Assembly (NCBI GenBank): GCA_963665125.2
Contig: CAXXUK010000001.1
Coordinates: forward strand, 3,296,001-3,360,000
Reading direction: 5' to 3'
Length of the DNA stretch: 64,000 nucleotides
Source: an uncultured Desulfarculus sp.
GTDB taxonomy: Bacteria > Desulfobacterota > Desulfarculia > Desulfarculales > Desulfarculaceae
How positions within the stretch are numbered: position 1 is the first letter of the stretch; every line of letters begins with the position of its first letter. The position numbers were made by a program, and so were the translations under genes. This document shows positions 51,318 through 61,974 of this stretch, one piece after another. The notes below the pieces were generated by a model. It was not told the origin of the DNA. It saw nothing but the letters and a program-made list of their open reading frames with translations, and did not search any database.

Positions 51318-52574
51318 CTACAACCGCTGGATCAGATAGACATAGGCATTCAGGGGCCCGGCCTTTTGCAACTCAAAGAAGGTCTTCAACAGGGCCTTGC
51401 GGTCGCGGCTCTTGACCAGGGGCGATAGGTACACCGCGCCCTTGCGGCCCGTCCCCGCGGGCACACCGCCCAGCAGTTCGGCCAGGGAGTCGTGGTGGGC
51501 TTGCGAAAAATCCTCGCCCAGGAGGAAGTTGCCGCTGATCTCCAGATTGGCGTATTCGCGGTTGAGCTGAAGCATTTGGTCAAATGCGGTCCGGACCTTG
51601 GCCGCGTCCAGGGGCTTGCCGATGGCTTTCAGGGTGGGCGTGTCGGCCGACTCGAAGCCCACGTTGATATAGGTATGGGCCTCTAGCTGATTGATACGCT
51701 CCCATAGCCCGTCCCCAGCCTCCAGCAGCGAATCCACGCTGCCGAACAAAAACAAGCTGGGGTTGTCCAGGCCAAAGGCCTCCATGGCCTGGGCGGCGGC
51801 GCTGGTGATTACGCCGTCGTCGGCGCCCAGGGCGTCGTGGTTGGCCAGGAACATGGCCTTGTAGTTGGCCAGGTTGCGGCCGTAATAGGCCTTGAGGCCC
51901 GCGATTTGCTCTTGGATATCGTCGGCCGGGCGGGTGGCCAGACGCTGTTTGCTCTTCACCGAACAGAATTTGCAATGATATCGGCAGCCGTCGGCGATGG
52001 TCAGGGGAATCACGTCGTAATCGACGTGCCGGGTGTCCGGCGGCAGCACCGAGGGCCGCCCGCCGATGATGGAATGAAGCTCCCCGGCCCTTTTATATAG
52101 GGTGGTGTCATCGTTGCGGCACACTGAATCGATAAAGTCCCGGACCTGGGAAGGCAGGCCGTCCCGGGGCGTGCCGCTCAGGTCTGCATAGAGCTGGGAC
52201 CAGGCCGCGAAGGCCTGCATGATGTTCATGTCGTTGAACGGATTGAACTCGAACATGGGATTGCTGGCATAAGGCAGGCAGGGCAGATAATACTCGCCCA
52301 GCCAGGTAAAGATCCTCTCGCCCACCGAGCCCAGGGAATAAAAAACCCAGTCATTGCCGTCGGTGCGCTTGAGCAGTTCGCCCGGATGCCGCCAGTTTGG
52401 GCCGCGCCCCTGGATGAACTTGATCTCGCCGTTGAGGTTGAAGGTGAAGTCGTATTTCGGGGTGATGATTTCCGAATACTTGCCCACCTTCAGCGGATGG
52501 CTGGCCTTGACGAATTGGTTGGCCCCGTTTCGCTCGATGTTCAGGGTCAGGTTGTTCAGGCGGTGGGACCACAT
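51318..52574 (-). CDS. Radical SAM protein
   Basis: CRYHCKFC (CxxxCxxC), VGFESAD. Confidence 0.85.
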   Translation of the reverse strand: MWSHRLNNLTLNIERNGANQFVKASHPLKVGKYSEIITPKYDFTFNLNGEIKFIQGRGPNWRHPGELLKRTDGNDWVFYSLGSVGERIFTWLGEYYLPCLPYASNPMFEFNPFNDMNIMQAFAAWSQLYADLSGTPRDGLPSQVRDFIDSVCRNDDTTLYKRAGELHSIIGGRPSVLPPDTRHVDYDVIPLTIADGCRYHCKFCSVKSKQRLATRPADDIQEQIAGLKAYYGRNLANYKAMFLANHDALGADDGVITSAAAQAMEAFGLDNPSLFLFGSVDSLLEAGDGLWERINQLEAHTYINVGFESADTPTLKAIGKPLDAAKVRTAFDQMLQLNREYANLEISGNFLLGEDFSQAHHDSLAELLGGVPAGTGRKGAVYLSPLVKSRDRKALLKTFFELQKAGPLNAYVYLIQRL

Positions 52575-52637
52575 CGGCCGACCCCAAAAGAGTGGTTGTC
52601 TGGTCGCAAAAAAACCAGCATCGCATGCAAATAACGC

Positions 52638-52665
52638 TCAAGAAAGCCTTTTACCATGCCGATGA
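52638..52665 (+). promoter_or_regulatory. Sigma28 (FliA)-type promoter
   Basis: TCAAG-15 nt-GCCGATGA. Confidence 0.65.
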
Positions 52666-52699
52666 TTCAAATAATAGAGATAATTTCAGGGGGATTGAT

Positions 52700-53089
52700 A
52701 TGCGCATTTCCACTTTGCAGAATCTGGGCGCGGCAACGGCAGCAGCCTCGTATTCCGGTGATTCCACGAATATTAACACAGCGTTGGAGACTGAGAGTCA
52801 GGCGGATGGCCAAAGCCAGGGAGACAAGGTTACTCTCTCGCCGGAGGGTGTTGCCAAGTCCAAAGACAGCGGGGATGACACGGCTAGTCCAACAGATGCG
52901 AAACAAAAACTGATTCAGGAAATCAAGGAAAAGATCGAAAGGGTAAAGGCCGAGATCGAGGAGCTGGAAAACAGCGACATTCCGCCTGAGCAAAAAGAGC
53001 AGATGCTCAAACTCAAGCAACAGGAATTGGCCATGTATCAAGCCGAGTTGGTTGCCGCCGTGAAGGAGCAGCTGGAAAACTTGGCGTAA
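52700..53089 (+). CDS. FlxA-like coiled-coil protein 1
   Basis: DKVTLSPEG, C-terminal coiled coil; followed by a terminator-like hairpin at ~53119-53150. Confidence 0.65.
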   Translation: MRISTLQNLGAATAAASYSGDSTNINTALETESQADGQSQGDKVTLSPEGVAKSKDSGDDTASPTDAKQKLIQEIKEKIERVKAEIEELENSDIPPEQKEQMLKLKQQELAMYQAELVAAVKEQLENLA

Positions 53090-53239
53090 AGATAAAAAAC
53101 CATGGTTTATCCACAGATGCCCTGTAACTAGCCGTTGACAGGGCTTTTTCATTGGGCCTGCCCAACACTGCGGCACCGTCCCGCGCCTAACCCGCTTAAA
53201 AAACACGGCTTTGGTCCGGCGAACAGGCCACAAAAAACT

Positions 53240-53267
53240 TCAAGAACCAAGGCCGCAGTGCCGATCA
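53240..53267 (+). promoter_or_regulatory. Sigma28 (FliA)-type promoter
   Basis: TCAAG-15 nt-GCCGATCA. Confidence 0.65.
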
Positions 53268-53305
53268 AAATTACTGAATGAACAAATTCCATACGCGGGT
53301 GACCC

Positions 53306-53683
53306 TTGCAGATATCGAACCTGATGAACCAAAGCGCCATAACAGCGGCGGCCTCATATGCCGGGGCCAACAGCACCGAAGCCTCGGCGGAAACCGGAAC
53401 CCAGGACAACTCTCAAGGCCTGGACAAGGTCACCCTTTCATCCGAAGGCCTGCGGCGTTCCCAGGAAAGCCAGACGTCGTCGAGCACCGACTCCTACGCC
53501 AAGGTTATTTCCGATATCAAGGAAAAGATTACGGCGGTCAAGGCCGAAATAGCGGAATTGAAAAACAGCAACCAGCCGGAAGAACTGAAAAAGCAACAAA
53601 TAAAGGCCAAGCAGCAGGAGCTGTCAGTATTCCAGGCGGAGTTGATCAACGCAATGACTCAGCAACAGAGCAGCATGGGCTGA
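53306..53683 (+). CDS. FlxA-like coiled-coil protein 2 (paralogue)
   Basis: DKVTLSSEG, IKEKI..VKAEI.EL.NS, QQEL..QAEL shared with the upstream gene. Confidence 0.65.
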   Translation: MQISNLMNQSAITAAASYAGANSTEASAETGTQDNSQGLDKVTLSSEGLRRSQESQTSSSTDSYAKVISDIKEKITAVKAEIAELKNSNQPEELKKQQIKAKQQELSVFQAELINAMTQQQSSMG

Positions 53684-53723
53684 CAACGGCCCAAGGAGAT
53701 CGGCTAAACCTACCTACGCCCTG

Positions 53724-55061
53724 TCACTGACCCGCTGACAGGGTTTTTTCTTTTAGCTTGTCAAACACCGTTTTCAGGTGGAGCAGGAAGTCGTCCGCGT
53801 CGGCATAGCCCTTCAAGGTCATGTCGGGCATCAGGTTGCCGCTGCCGTCCATGAACACCACGGTGGGTAGGCCGGTGACGCCGAGATTCCTTTGGATGCG
53901 CCGCAAGTTCTGGGTCGGCTTGGTCATGTCCACCTTCATGGTCTTGAAAAAGCCCAAGGCCTTGATCACTCTGGGATCGGCATAGGTGGTGGTCTGCATC
54001 TGGATGCAGTAGGCGCACCAGTCGGCGGTGAACTTGATGGCGATGGGCCTGTTCTCCTGGGTGGCCTGATTCATGGCGTGCATGGAGAACTTCTCCCAGG
54101 CCACCTGGGATTCCGGGGTCTGGTGATGCCAGACGATGAACGCGGCCGCCAGGATGGCCGCCACGCCGAATACCTTTTTAAAAACGACAAATCCCTTGGC
54201 CCCGCCCTGGTGCACAAAGCCCAGGTAGGCGCCGCCCACGGCTAAGAGGCTGGCCATGAGCCAGCTTCCGGCCTCAAGACCCACCAGGGGCAAGGCCACG
54301 TAGGAGGCGGCGGTCAACAACATGAAGCCGAAGAGCTTGCGCACCCAGATCATCCACTCGCCGGCCCGGGGCAACAGCCCGGCCACGGTGTCGGAAAACA
54401 TGGCCACCACGGCCAGGGGCAGGCCCAGGCCCAGCGACAGGGACATGAAAACGGCAAAGCCGTATACCGGACTGCCCACCTCGGCCACATGGCCCATCAG
54501 GCCCGCAACCACCGGTCCGGCGCAGGGCGCGGCCAGCACACCGGACAACAGGCCCATGAAAAAGGCGCCGCCCAGTCCGGCCCGGTTTTTGGCCGCCGCC
54601 CTGGTCAGCGACTGGGGCATGCGCAATTCCCACAAACCGAACATGCTCAGGGCCAAGGCCACCAGGATGGCCACCAGGACGATGATCACCGGAGTGTATG
54701 ACAATGCCTGGCCGATGATGCCGCCGGTCATGGCCGCCACGGTGCCCAGGCTGGAATACATGGCCGTAATGCCGGCCCAATAGGCCAGAGCGCCCAGAAC
54801 AGCATCCTTGCGCTTGCCAGTGCCCCGGCTGCCGAAGAAGCTGATGGTTATGGGGATTACCGGGTATACGCACGGCGTCGCGTTAAGCAAAAAACCAATG
54901 CCGAAACTAATGGCCATGACCACGGGAATGGATCGTCCGGCCAAGGATAACGGCTCTTCAGCCGCCAACGCGGGAAAGCACCAAAGGACCAAAATTGGAA
55001 AGACAAGATAGCCGATAAGCGTCAGTTTCTTAAGAAATTGCTTTTGACAGTGCGGTTGCAT
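53724..55061 (-). CDS. DsbD/CcdA-like thiol:disulfide interchange protein
   Basis: TPCVYP and APCAGP membrane cysteines; thioredoxin WCAYC. Confidence 0.9.
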   Translation of the reverse strand: MQPHCQKQFLKKLTLIGYLVFPILVLWCFPALAAEEPLSLAGRSIPVVMAISFGIGFLLNATPCVYPVIPITISFFGSRGTGKRKDAVLGALAYWAGITAMYSSLGTVAAMTGGIIGQALSYTPVIIVLVAILVALALSMFGLWELRMPQSLTRAAAKNRAGLGGAFFMGLLSGVLAAPCAGPVVAGLMGHVAEVGSPVYGFAVFMSLSLGLGLPLAVVAMFSDTVAGLLPRAGEWMIWVRKLFGFMLLTAASYVALPLVGLEAGSWLMASLLAVGGAYLGFVHQGGAKGFVVFKKVFGVAAILAAAFIVWHHQTPESQVAWEKFSMHAMNQATQENRPIAIKFTADWCAYCIQMQTTTYADPRVIKALGFFKTMKVDMTKPTQNLRRIQRNLGVTGLPTVVFMDGSGNLMPDMTLKGYADADDFLLHLKTVFDKLKEKTLSAGQ

Positions 55062-55311
55062 TCCCGGGGCCCCTTTTGCCGTAATGCTGTGAATTTTGAC
55101 CTAGCATTTAAAAATACCGGTTTGGACCGATGTTGGTCAAATAAAAGCCACACTAATGCACAAACAAAGACCTGTTTGGCACATTATTCGAACAAAAACA
55201 GCGATTAATGTTTACAGACGACCCAAACTTCTGGTATTTACAGCACAATATATTGTGCCGGAACTGTGTTTGGTGCGCATATACTCCGGAGTCAGCCAGC
55301 GGCGAGGGTTC

Positions 55312-57147
55312 ATGAAAAAAACAATTTTTCTTCTAATACTGGTTTCCGCGTTCGCCCTAAGTGGTTGCGCCACGACCCAGACATCTTCCAATCAAGCCGC
55401 CGATAAAACCTGCCCCGTTGACGTCGACCAAAAGGAGCAGATCAAGGCTGGTATTGCCGAGGAGCTCAAAGTCCTTGGCGAATCGGAAATCGTCGAGCAA
55501 AAACCCGCCCCGGACGAGTGCGACCCGGACAAGGTAACCTACGATATTCCCATCGTCATCAATGCCGCCGTTGAGCAGCATATGGATTATTTTCAAAAGA
55601 AGATCCCCAAGCGGTTCAAAATGTGGCTGGAACGCTCGGGACGCTTCACGCCCATGATGCGCGCCATCCTCAAGGAACACGGCATGCCCGAGGACCTGGT
55701 CTACCTGGCCCTCATCGAAAGCGGCTTCAACTGCGACGCCTATTCCCGGGCCGCAGCAGTGGGACCTTGGCAGTTCATTCGGGGTACGGGCCGCCGTTAC
55801 GGTCTGCGTATAGACTATTGGGTTGACGAACGCCGGGATCCGGTCAAGAGCACCCATGCCGCGGCCAAGTACCTCGGCGACCTCTACGCTGAATTCGGAT
55901 CGTGGTATCTGGCCGCCGCAGGGTACAACGCCGGCGAGGGCAAGGTCCGCCGGGCCCTGAAGCGCTACAAGGCCGATGACTTCTGGTCAATCAGCCAGGG
56001 CCGTCGTTACTACCTGAAACGCGAAACCCGCCAATACGTGCCCAAGATGATCGCCGCGGCGATCATAGGCAAAAACCCGGAAAAGTACGGCTTCAAGGAA
56101 CTGAATTACTGGGAGCCGCTGGAATACGACACGGTAACGGTCCATTCCGGCACCAGCCTGGGCGTGGCCGCCAAGCTTGCCGGCATAAAGACGAAAGAGT
56201 TGGTGCAACTCAACCCGGAGTTGCAGCGCTGGTGCACCCCGCCCACGGGCATGTATTCGCTCAACGTGCCCAAGGGGCAAAAACTTTCCTTTGAACAGGC
56301 CTATGCCAAGCTCTCGGAACAGGAACGCAAGGCCCGCATCGGCATGATTACCGTCAAGGTGCATAAGGGCGACACCATGGGCCGCATCGCCCGTTCCCAC
56401 CGGGTGCGCCTTTCCGATCTGCTGGCTTTGAATCCGCATATCAACCCCCGGCGCATGCGCATCGGCCAAAAGGTATACGTGCCGCCCAGCAGTTCGGGCG
56501 CCCGCTACTATGCCTCTGCACCCCAAACCAGCACCCGCAACACGGCCAGGGCTCTGCCGCCCACAAGGCAAGGCACCCGCAAAATTTACCATACCGTCAA
56601 AAAGGGTGATTCCCTGTGGGACATCGCCCAGAGTTACAACCTGAATTGGCAGGATGTAAAGCGCTGGAATGGACGGCGCAGCAGCCGTCTGAAGGTCGGC
56701 GACAAGCTGGTGCTCTATGTTCCCCAGGCCAAGGCCGAGGCAAAGGTGCCCTCGGGCCTGGGTTCCGGCACGACCTATATAGTGCGCCGCGGAGACAATC
56801 TCTGGACCATCGCCCGCACATTCGGCGTCAGCACCACCAGCATCAAGCAGTGGAACAGCCTGCGCAGCAACCGCCTGGACGTTGGCGACAAGCTCATCGT
56901 CTATCCAAAGGGCTCGCCAAGCGTGGCCAAGGCCCAGACGGCGGAGGTCATCACCACGGCCAAGGCTGAGACCGGCGCGGGCATCACCGCCACCGACGCC
57001 GCGACCCCAAAGACCTATCAGGTCCAGCGGGGCGACACCCTTTGGGATATCAGCCGCAGGTTCAACATCAGCACAAGCCAGCTCAAGCGGCTAAACGGCA
57101 TGCGCAGCAACCGCCTGATGCCCGGAGACGTGCTCAACGTCCGCTAA
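55312..57147 (+). CDS. mltD: MltD-like lytic transglycosylase with four LysM domains
   Basis: Lipobox LSGC; IESG, GPWQF, YNAGEG; LysM repeats. Confidence 0.9.
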   Translation: MKKTIFLLILVSAFALSGCATTQTSSNQAADKTCPVDVDQKEQIKAGIAEELKVLGESEIVEQKPAPDECDPDKVTYDIPIVINAAVEQHMDYFQKKIPKRFKMWLERSGRFTPMMRAILKEHGMPEDLVYLALIESGFNCDAYSRAAAVGPWQFIRGTGRRYGLRIDYWVDERRDPVKSTHAAAKYLGDLYAEFGSWYLAAAGYNAGEGKVRRALKRYKADDFWSISQGRRYYLKRETRQYVPKMIAAAIIGKNPEKYGFKELNYWEPLEYDTVTVHSGTSLGVAAKLAGIKTKELVQLNPELQRWCTPPTGMYSLNVPKGQKLSFEQAYAKLSEQERKARIGMITVKVHKGDTMGRIARSHRVRLSDLLALNPHINPRRMRIGQKVYVPPSSSGARYYASAPQTSTRNTARALPPTRQGTRKIYHTVKKGDSLWDIAQSYNLNWQDVKRWNGRRSSRLKVGDKLVLYVPQAKAEAKVPSGLGSGTTYIVRRGDNLWTIARTFGVSTTSIKQWNSLRSNRLDVGDKLIVYPKGSPSVAKAQTAEVITTAKAETGAGITATDAATPKTYQVQRGDTLWDISRRFNISTSQLKRLNGMRSNRLMPGDVLNVR

Positions 57148-57170
57148 GGCCCTTCACCTTCAAAATAAGC

Positions 57171-57198
57171 AGCCGCCCCCATTCGGGGCGGCTTTTTC
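57171..57198 (+). terminator. Intrinsic terminator
   Basis: AGCCGCCCC-catt-cGGGGCGGCT-TTTT. Confidence 0.85.
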
Positions 57199-57388
57199 TA
57201 TCCGAGAAAAATTCGGCCATCGCCAATCAGCATATTTCATGCGCCCTGAAAAGTATTGGGCGGGCCTCCGGGGCAAGCACCAAACCCCGAAGACCCACCC
57301 ATGATCGCCCTATTCACGGGCGTTTCGTAGATTCACACACCTTTCGCGCCGCCGGCCACCCCGCCGGGCTAGCGGTGCGGGCCAAGGC

Positions 57389-58339
57389 TCAGTTGACCAC
57401 GCAGACGGTCATGCCCTTGGCCAATTGCAAAACCTTGGCCGTCACCCGGCCAATGGGGAACTCGCGGATGTCCGAAAGCCCCCGCCGTCCCATGACGATG
57501 GTCCCGTATCGGCCCTGGTGGGCCCGGTCCACGATGGCCTTGGCTCGGCTCGATACGTCAAAAATGACGTTCTTGGTGATGCGGCCTTGATCAATACCAG
57601 CCTTGTTAAACTCCTCGGAGCACTGGTTGAGGATGTCCTCGGCGCGCCACTTGGAGACCTTTTCGCTTTCCTGATACTGGAAAAGCGGAGGCACCTCGTC
57701 AACCAGCAGGGTGTATTGATTGGCCAATCCGAATGAACGGACGGCATGGAACACCTCGATTGGCACGCTGTCCTTGACGATCCGGGACAAGTGCGCGCCA
57801 AAGCGCAGGGAATTTTCCGAGCCGTCCACGGCCGCCAACATGGGGCCGGGCTTGGCGTTCTTGCCCACCACCCACAGCGGCAGCCAGGTCAGGTTGTTCA
57901 CCAACTTGCTGGCCACGCTGCCCAGGATCATGCCCTTTATGGCTCCCAGGCCGCGCCGGGCGATGACCACCGCATCGTAGCCGTTCTTGGCCTCGGCGAT
58001 TATGTCGCGGGCTATACCGGTGGATCGTTCATGAAGTTCGACCATGATCTTTTCCTGGTCAAATCCCGACTTGACCAGGGTGGCCTTGGCCTTATCCAAA
58101 AACTGCCTGACCTGCTTGCGCCTGGTCACATCCCAGGCCTTGACCTCGGAGATCCGAAACAGGAAGTCAAGGTCCTTGTCAATATCCCTGAACCCGTCCG
58201 GCAATTGATCGTGCACGTTGAATATCTTGATATCCACGGAACCGGGCTGGAATTGGCCGGCAACATAGCGGATCATGGACATTGCCCGATCAGAGCCGTC
58301 CACCGCTGCCAGCACCTTTATCCGGTTCGCAGTCATCAT
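57389..58339 (-). CDS. Universal stress protein (tandem USP domains)
   Basis: AVDGS twice; RRGL..LGSVA / IGRVT. Confidence 0.9.
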   Translation of the reverse strand: MMTANRIKVLAAVDGSDRAMSMIRYVAGQFQPGSVDIKIFNVHDQLPDGFRDIDKDLDFLFRISEVKAWDVTRRKQVRQFLDKAKATLVKSGFDQEKIMVELHERSTGIARDIIAEAKNGYDAVVIARRGLGAIKGMILGSVASKLVNNLTWLPLWVVGKNAKPGPMLAAVDGSENSLRFGAHLSRIVKDSVPIEVFHAVRSFGLANQYTLLVDEVPPLFQYQESEKVSKWRAEDILNQCSEEFNKAGIDQGRITKNVIFDVSSRAKAIVDRAHQGRYGTIVMGRRGLSDIREFPIGRVTAKVLQLAKGMTVCVVN

Positions 58340-58782
58340 TACATTCCTCCTGTCCTTCTTATTAATGCATGGGCCTCGGCCTTGCGGATGCGCTCTTCGT
58401 GCTCCGCTTTGCGCTTGCGGGCTTCTTCGAGTTTGACCAGCAGCTCTTCATGTTGCGCCGGTTTGAGCAGATAGTCGAAAGCGCCCAGCTTCAGCCCCGA
58501 TACGGCGGTGTCGATGGTGCCGTGGCCGGTCAGGAGAATCACCTCCACGATGGGATATTTTGCCTTGATTTCCTTGAGCACCTCGATGCCGTCCATGCCG
58601 GGCATCTTGATATCCAGGATGACCACGTCGGCGTCCCAGCCTTCAGCCAGAATGGCCAAGCCCGAGCGTCCGTCCAAAGCCGAACGAACATTGTTGCCTT
58701 CGTCGGTCAGGCGCATGCCCAGCATGTCCACGAAATCTGATTCGTCGTCTATCACCAAAATATTGATCGGTATCTTGACCAT
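58339..58782 (-). CDS. Response regulator (receiver)
   Basis: IDDE, LDIKMPG, LTGHG, KP. Confidence 0.92.
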   Translation of the reverse strand: MVKIPINILVIDDESDFVDMLGMRLTDEGNNVRSALDGRSGLAILAEGWDADVVILDIKMPGMDGIEVLKEIKAKYPIVEVILLTGHGTIDTAVSGLKLGAFDYLLKPAQHEELLVKLEEARKRKAEHEERIRKAEAHALIRRTGGM

Positions 58783-58796
58783 ATCGGTTTTCCTTC

Positions 58797-59981
58797 CTAC
58801 AGGTCCGGCCCAAGATCGGGCCGCACCGGCGAAACCAAAGGCTTTCTGGGCAGCACCATACGGAACACCGCCCCATAACCCAACCGGCTGTCCACGGTCA
58901 TCGTTCCTCCCAGCTTTTCGACGATGCCCTTGGTCACGCTCAGCCCAAGGCCGGTGCCTTTTCCCGCCGGTTTGGTGCTGAAAAAGGGATCGAAAATCCG
59001 GCTAAGGTTCTCCCGCGGTATACCCGGTCCGGTATCTTTTATGGTTACAACAACGTCATTGCCGCTGATCTCCGTGTCGACCCAGACATTGCCGCCCTTT
59101 TTTTCACCCACCGCCTGGATCGCGTTGGTCACCAGGTTGATGAGCACTTGGCGCATCTGGTAGGGATCAGACCATATGGCCAATTTTCGATCCCGGTGAA
59201 GGACCTCGACCTCGGCGTTTTCCTCCTTGGCCGTTTTACTTGTCAGATCCACCACCTCTTTGGCCAGTTCAACCAAGTCGAACTCCTGGATCTCCCAGTC
59301 GTTCTTTCTGGCGAAATCCAGCAATTGGTGGGTTATGCGGCTGGCCCGCTCCACACTGGAGGCTATTTTGCCCAGGGCCAGTTCAGCCGACTGGCGGAAT
59401 CCCTCGGGCACATCTTCCGAACGGTCCAGGCGCCCCTTCAGGAATCCCGTGGCCTCGTTGATGATGGCCAGGGGGTTGTTGATCTCGTGAGCAACCCCCG
59501 AGGCCATTGTGCCCAAAGCGGCAAGGCGTTCGGCCACGCTCATGCGCCGTTCCATTTCCCTGCGGAACTCGGCCTCCATCTCCTGGTCATTGAGCAGTTT
59601 GCGCATCTCCACGGCTTGCTTCAACTTGCCGATCAGATGCTCCATCTCAATAGGCTTGGTCAGGTAGTCGAAAGCCCCGCTTTTGATTCCCGTCACGCCG
59701 TCTTGCACGCAGGCCTGGCCGGTGAGCATTATCACCTCGGTCTTGGGCCAGCGATGCTTGATCTCGTCGAGGACCTGCAATCCGTTCATTCCCGGCATGT
59801 TCACGTCCATCAGCACCACATCGGCCTGTTGAGACTTCAAGGCTTCGATGGCCTGGAGGCCGCTCTCGGCCTGCCGGACATCAAACCCCCGCCGATCCAG
59901 CCGTTTGGCCAGTGGCGTGCGGAATTCAGCCTCGTCGTCAACCAGCAGCAGGCCTATGCGTTTTTCTTGATCAGACGCCAT
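58797..59981 (-). CDS. Receiver + histidine kinase hybrid
   Basis: N-terminal REC; AHEINNPL, NAIQA, DTGPG, GTGLGL. Confidence 0.92.
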   Translation of the reverse strand: MASDQEKRIGLLLVDDEAEFRTPLAKRLDRRGFDVRQAESGLQAIEALKSQQADVVLMDVNMPGMNGLQVLDEIKHRWPKTEVIMLTGQACVQDGVTGIKSGAFDYLTKPIEMEHLIGKLKQAVEMRKLLNDQEMEAEFRREMERRMSVAERLAALGTMASGVAHEINNPLAIINEATGFLKGRLDRSEDVPEGFRQSAELALGKIASSVERASRITHQLLDFARKNDWEIQEFDLVELAKEVVDLTSKTAKEENAEVEVLHRDRKLAIWSDPYQMRQVLINLVTNAIQAVGEKKGGNVWVDTEISGNDVVVTIKDTGPGIPRENLSRIFDPFFSTKPAGKGTGLGLSVTKGIVEKLGGTMTVDSRLGYGAVFRMVLPRKPLVSPVRPDLGPDL

Positions 59982-60002
59982 GCTTCAACAACTATCCTTT
60001 GC

Positions 60003-61580
60003 CTACAGCAGACCCAAGATGTGCCACCATATGGCGGCGATGGCCAGGACGATGCCCAACATGATCGGCGTCGCCACCAGACCGGCCTTGGTCAGATCCC
60101 AGGCCCGGAACTGCTTGAACGAGTAGGCGATGGCGTTGGGCGGGCAGCCGATGACCAACAAATAGGCGAAGCTGGTGCACATACCCAGACCAAGGGCCAG
60201 CACCCTGGGGTCGACGCCTTCAAGCTGGGCCAGCGGGATCACAATTGGCAAGATGAGCGCAGCGGCCGCTACGTTGGCCATGGCGTTGGTTACCAGCGCA
60301 CCGAAGACGCCCACACCCACCAATAACAGCAGCCAGCCGCCTCCCTTGACCAGCGGGAAGAACAGGTTGGCGAAGTAGCGGGCCGCGCCCGAGGCGTCCA
60401 TGGCCAGACCAAGGGCGATGCCGCCGCCGAAGATGAACAGCGCGGTGCCCCATTCCAGGTTGGTGTGGATGTCCTCCCACTTGAGGATGCCCACCAGAAC
60501 CAACACGGCCACTCCGATCATACCGCCTATGGAATAATGATAACCGTGAATGCCCTTGGTAAGCCAGCTAAGCAGCACCAGGCCGAAAATTATCAGCGTC
60601 AGCTTTTCCTGGGTGGTCCAGGGGCCGGGCTTTTCGTCGTAGTCGGGCAGCTTGAAGTTGGAATCGGGCCGGAACACGAAGTACAGGACCGTAACCACCG
60701 CCGGCACGCAGATCAACGCTCCGGGCAGGGCGTAGAGCATCCAGTCGAAGAAGGTCAGTTCCATTCCCGTAAACTCGTGCAGGAACGCCGCCGAAACCAT
60801 GCAGCGGCCGCCGCCGACCAGGGTGCCCATGCCGCCCGCCGAGCAGGCGAAGGGCAGGCTGAGCATCATGAAGCGGGCCGTGTTGGTGTGCGGGGCTATG
60901 CCGGCGGCACGCATCAGCGGCAGCATGGTGGCGATGCCGATGGCCGCCGCCGCCGCGTCGTGCATGATGCCCGAGGCCAGGCCCAGGCTGATGGACAGGA
61001 TAAAGGTGAACTTGATCACGCTGTCTCCCGCCTTGCGGGCCACGGCATGGGCCAGCCTTTTCGTCAGGCCCACCTTTTCAAGGGCGATGGCGTAGATCAG
61101 GCAGCACATGATGAACACGACCACCGGGTGCATGTAGCTAGACCATGCCCCCTTGACGTCGGTAATGCCGGTCATGATCAACAGTACGCCGATACATATT
61201 GCCGTAATTTCCAGCGGCACGGGCTCGGCCACGAACAAAAAGACCAGGAACGCCAATACGGCCAGGAACCGCTTTGCCGTGGGCGAAAGCCCGTCCACGT
61301 ATTCGATATCCACGTTCTTGAGGTCAAGGCTTTTGACAGTCTCTTCCAGAGCCGCGGCCGTGCCTTGCTCGGTGCCCGGATGCTTGGCCCGGAGCTTGTA
61401 ATTGCCCTTCTTGTCCGGCTGGCCGTCCAAGGTGAATTGATCGCTGGCAGCGGCCAGGACTTTCTGACCCGGATCGCCGATTACCTCGAATGTTGTACCC
61501 TCCGGGCGAGGCAGCAGCATAACCACCACACCCAAGACGATTGCCCCCACTAGAAGCAGAAGCTTACTTTTAGGAATCAT
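60003..61580 (-). CDS. DASS/SLC13 family anion transporter
   Basis: Many TM helices; GGMGTLVG, MANVA, PPNAIAY. Confidence 0.88.
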   Translation of the reverse strand: MIPKSKLLLLVGAIVLGVVVMLLPRPEGTTFEVIGDPGQKVLAAASDQFTLDGQPDKKGNYKLRAKHPGTEQGTAAALEETVKSLDLKNVDIEYVDGLSPTAKRFLAVLAFLVFLFVAEPVPLEITAICIGVLLIMTGITDVKGAWSSYMHPVVVFIMCCLIYAIALEKVGLTKRLAHAVARKAGDSVIKFTFILSISLGLASGIMHDAAAAAIGIATMLPLMRAAGIAPHTNTARFMMLSLPFACSAGGMGTLVGGGRCMVSAAFLHEFTGMELTFFDWMLYALPGALICVPAVVTVLYFVFRPDSNFKLPDYDEKPGPWTTQEKLTLIIFGLVLLSWLTKGIHGYHYSIGGMIGVAVLVLVGILKWEDIHTNLEWGTALFIFGGGIALGLAMDASGAARYFANLFFPLVKGGGWLLLLVGVGVFGALVTNAMANVAAAALILPIVIPLAQLEGVDPRVLALGLGMCTSFAYLLVIGCPPNAIAYSFKQFRAWDLTKAGLVATPIMLGIVLAIAAIWWHILGLL

Positions 61581-61974
61581 CGCCACTCCTTTCTGTCCAG
61601 CCGCAGGCTTGTTTTATCTTTGCCAGCAATTCGCTTAGCTCACATGGTTTGGTCAGGTAGTCGTAGGCCCCTTCGCTTAACCCCTCACGGGCGGCTTGTT
61701 CGGAACCGTGGCCCGTGAGTATGAGCACAGCCATTTCGGGGTCCATTTTTTTAAACACTTTAAGTACTTCTATGCCGTCCATGTCTTCCATCTTTAGATC
61801 GACCACGGCGGCATCGAAATCTCCCTTGCGCAAAATTTGGATACCCTCGGCCCCGCTGTAGGCAACGGTGACGTTGACCCCCCGGCGGCTGAGCCGTTTT
61901 TTAAGCACGTGCAGGTATCCTTGTTCGTCATCCACCAAAAGCAGGCGGATTTTTTTGCGCTCGTCATTGTTCAT
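61570..61974 (-). CDS. Response regulator (receiver)
   Basis: VDDE, VDLKM, LTGHG, KP. Confidence 0.9.
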   Translation of the reverse strand: MNNDERKKIRLLLVDDEQGYLHVLKKRLSRRGVNVTVAYSGAEGIQILRKGDFDAAVVDLKMEDMDGIEVLKVFKKMDPEMAVLILTGHGSEQAAREGLSEGAYDYLTKPCELSELLAKIKQACGWTERSGDDS

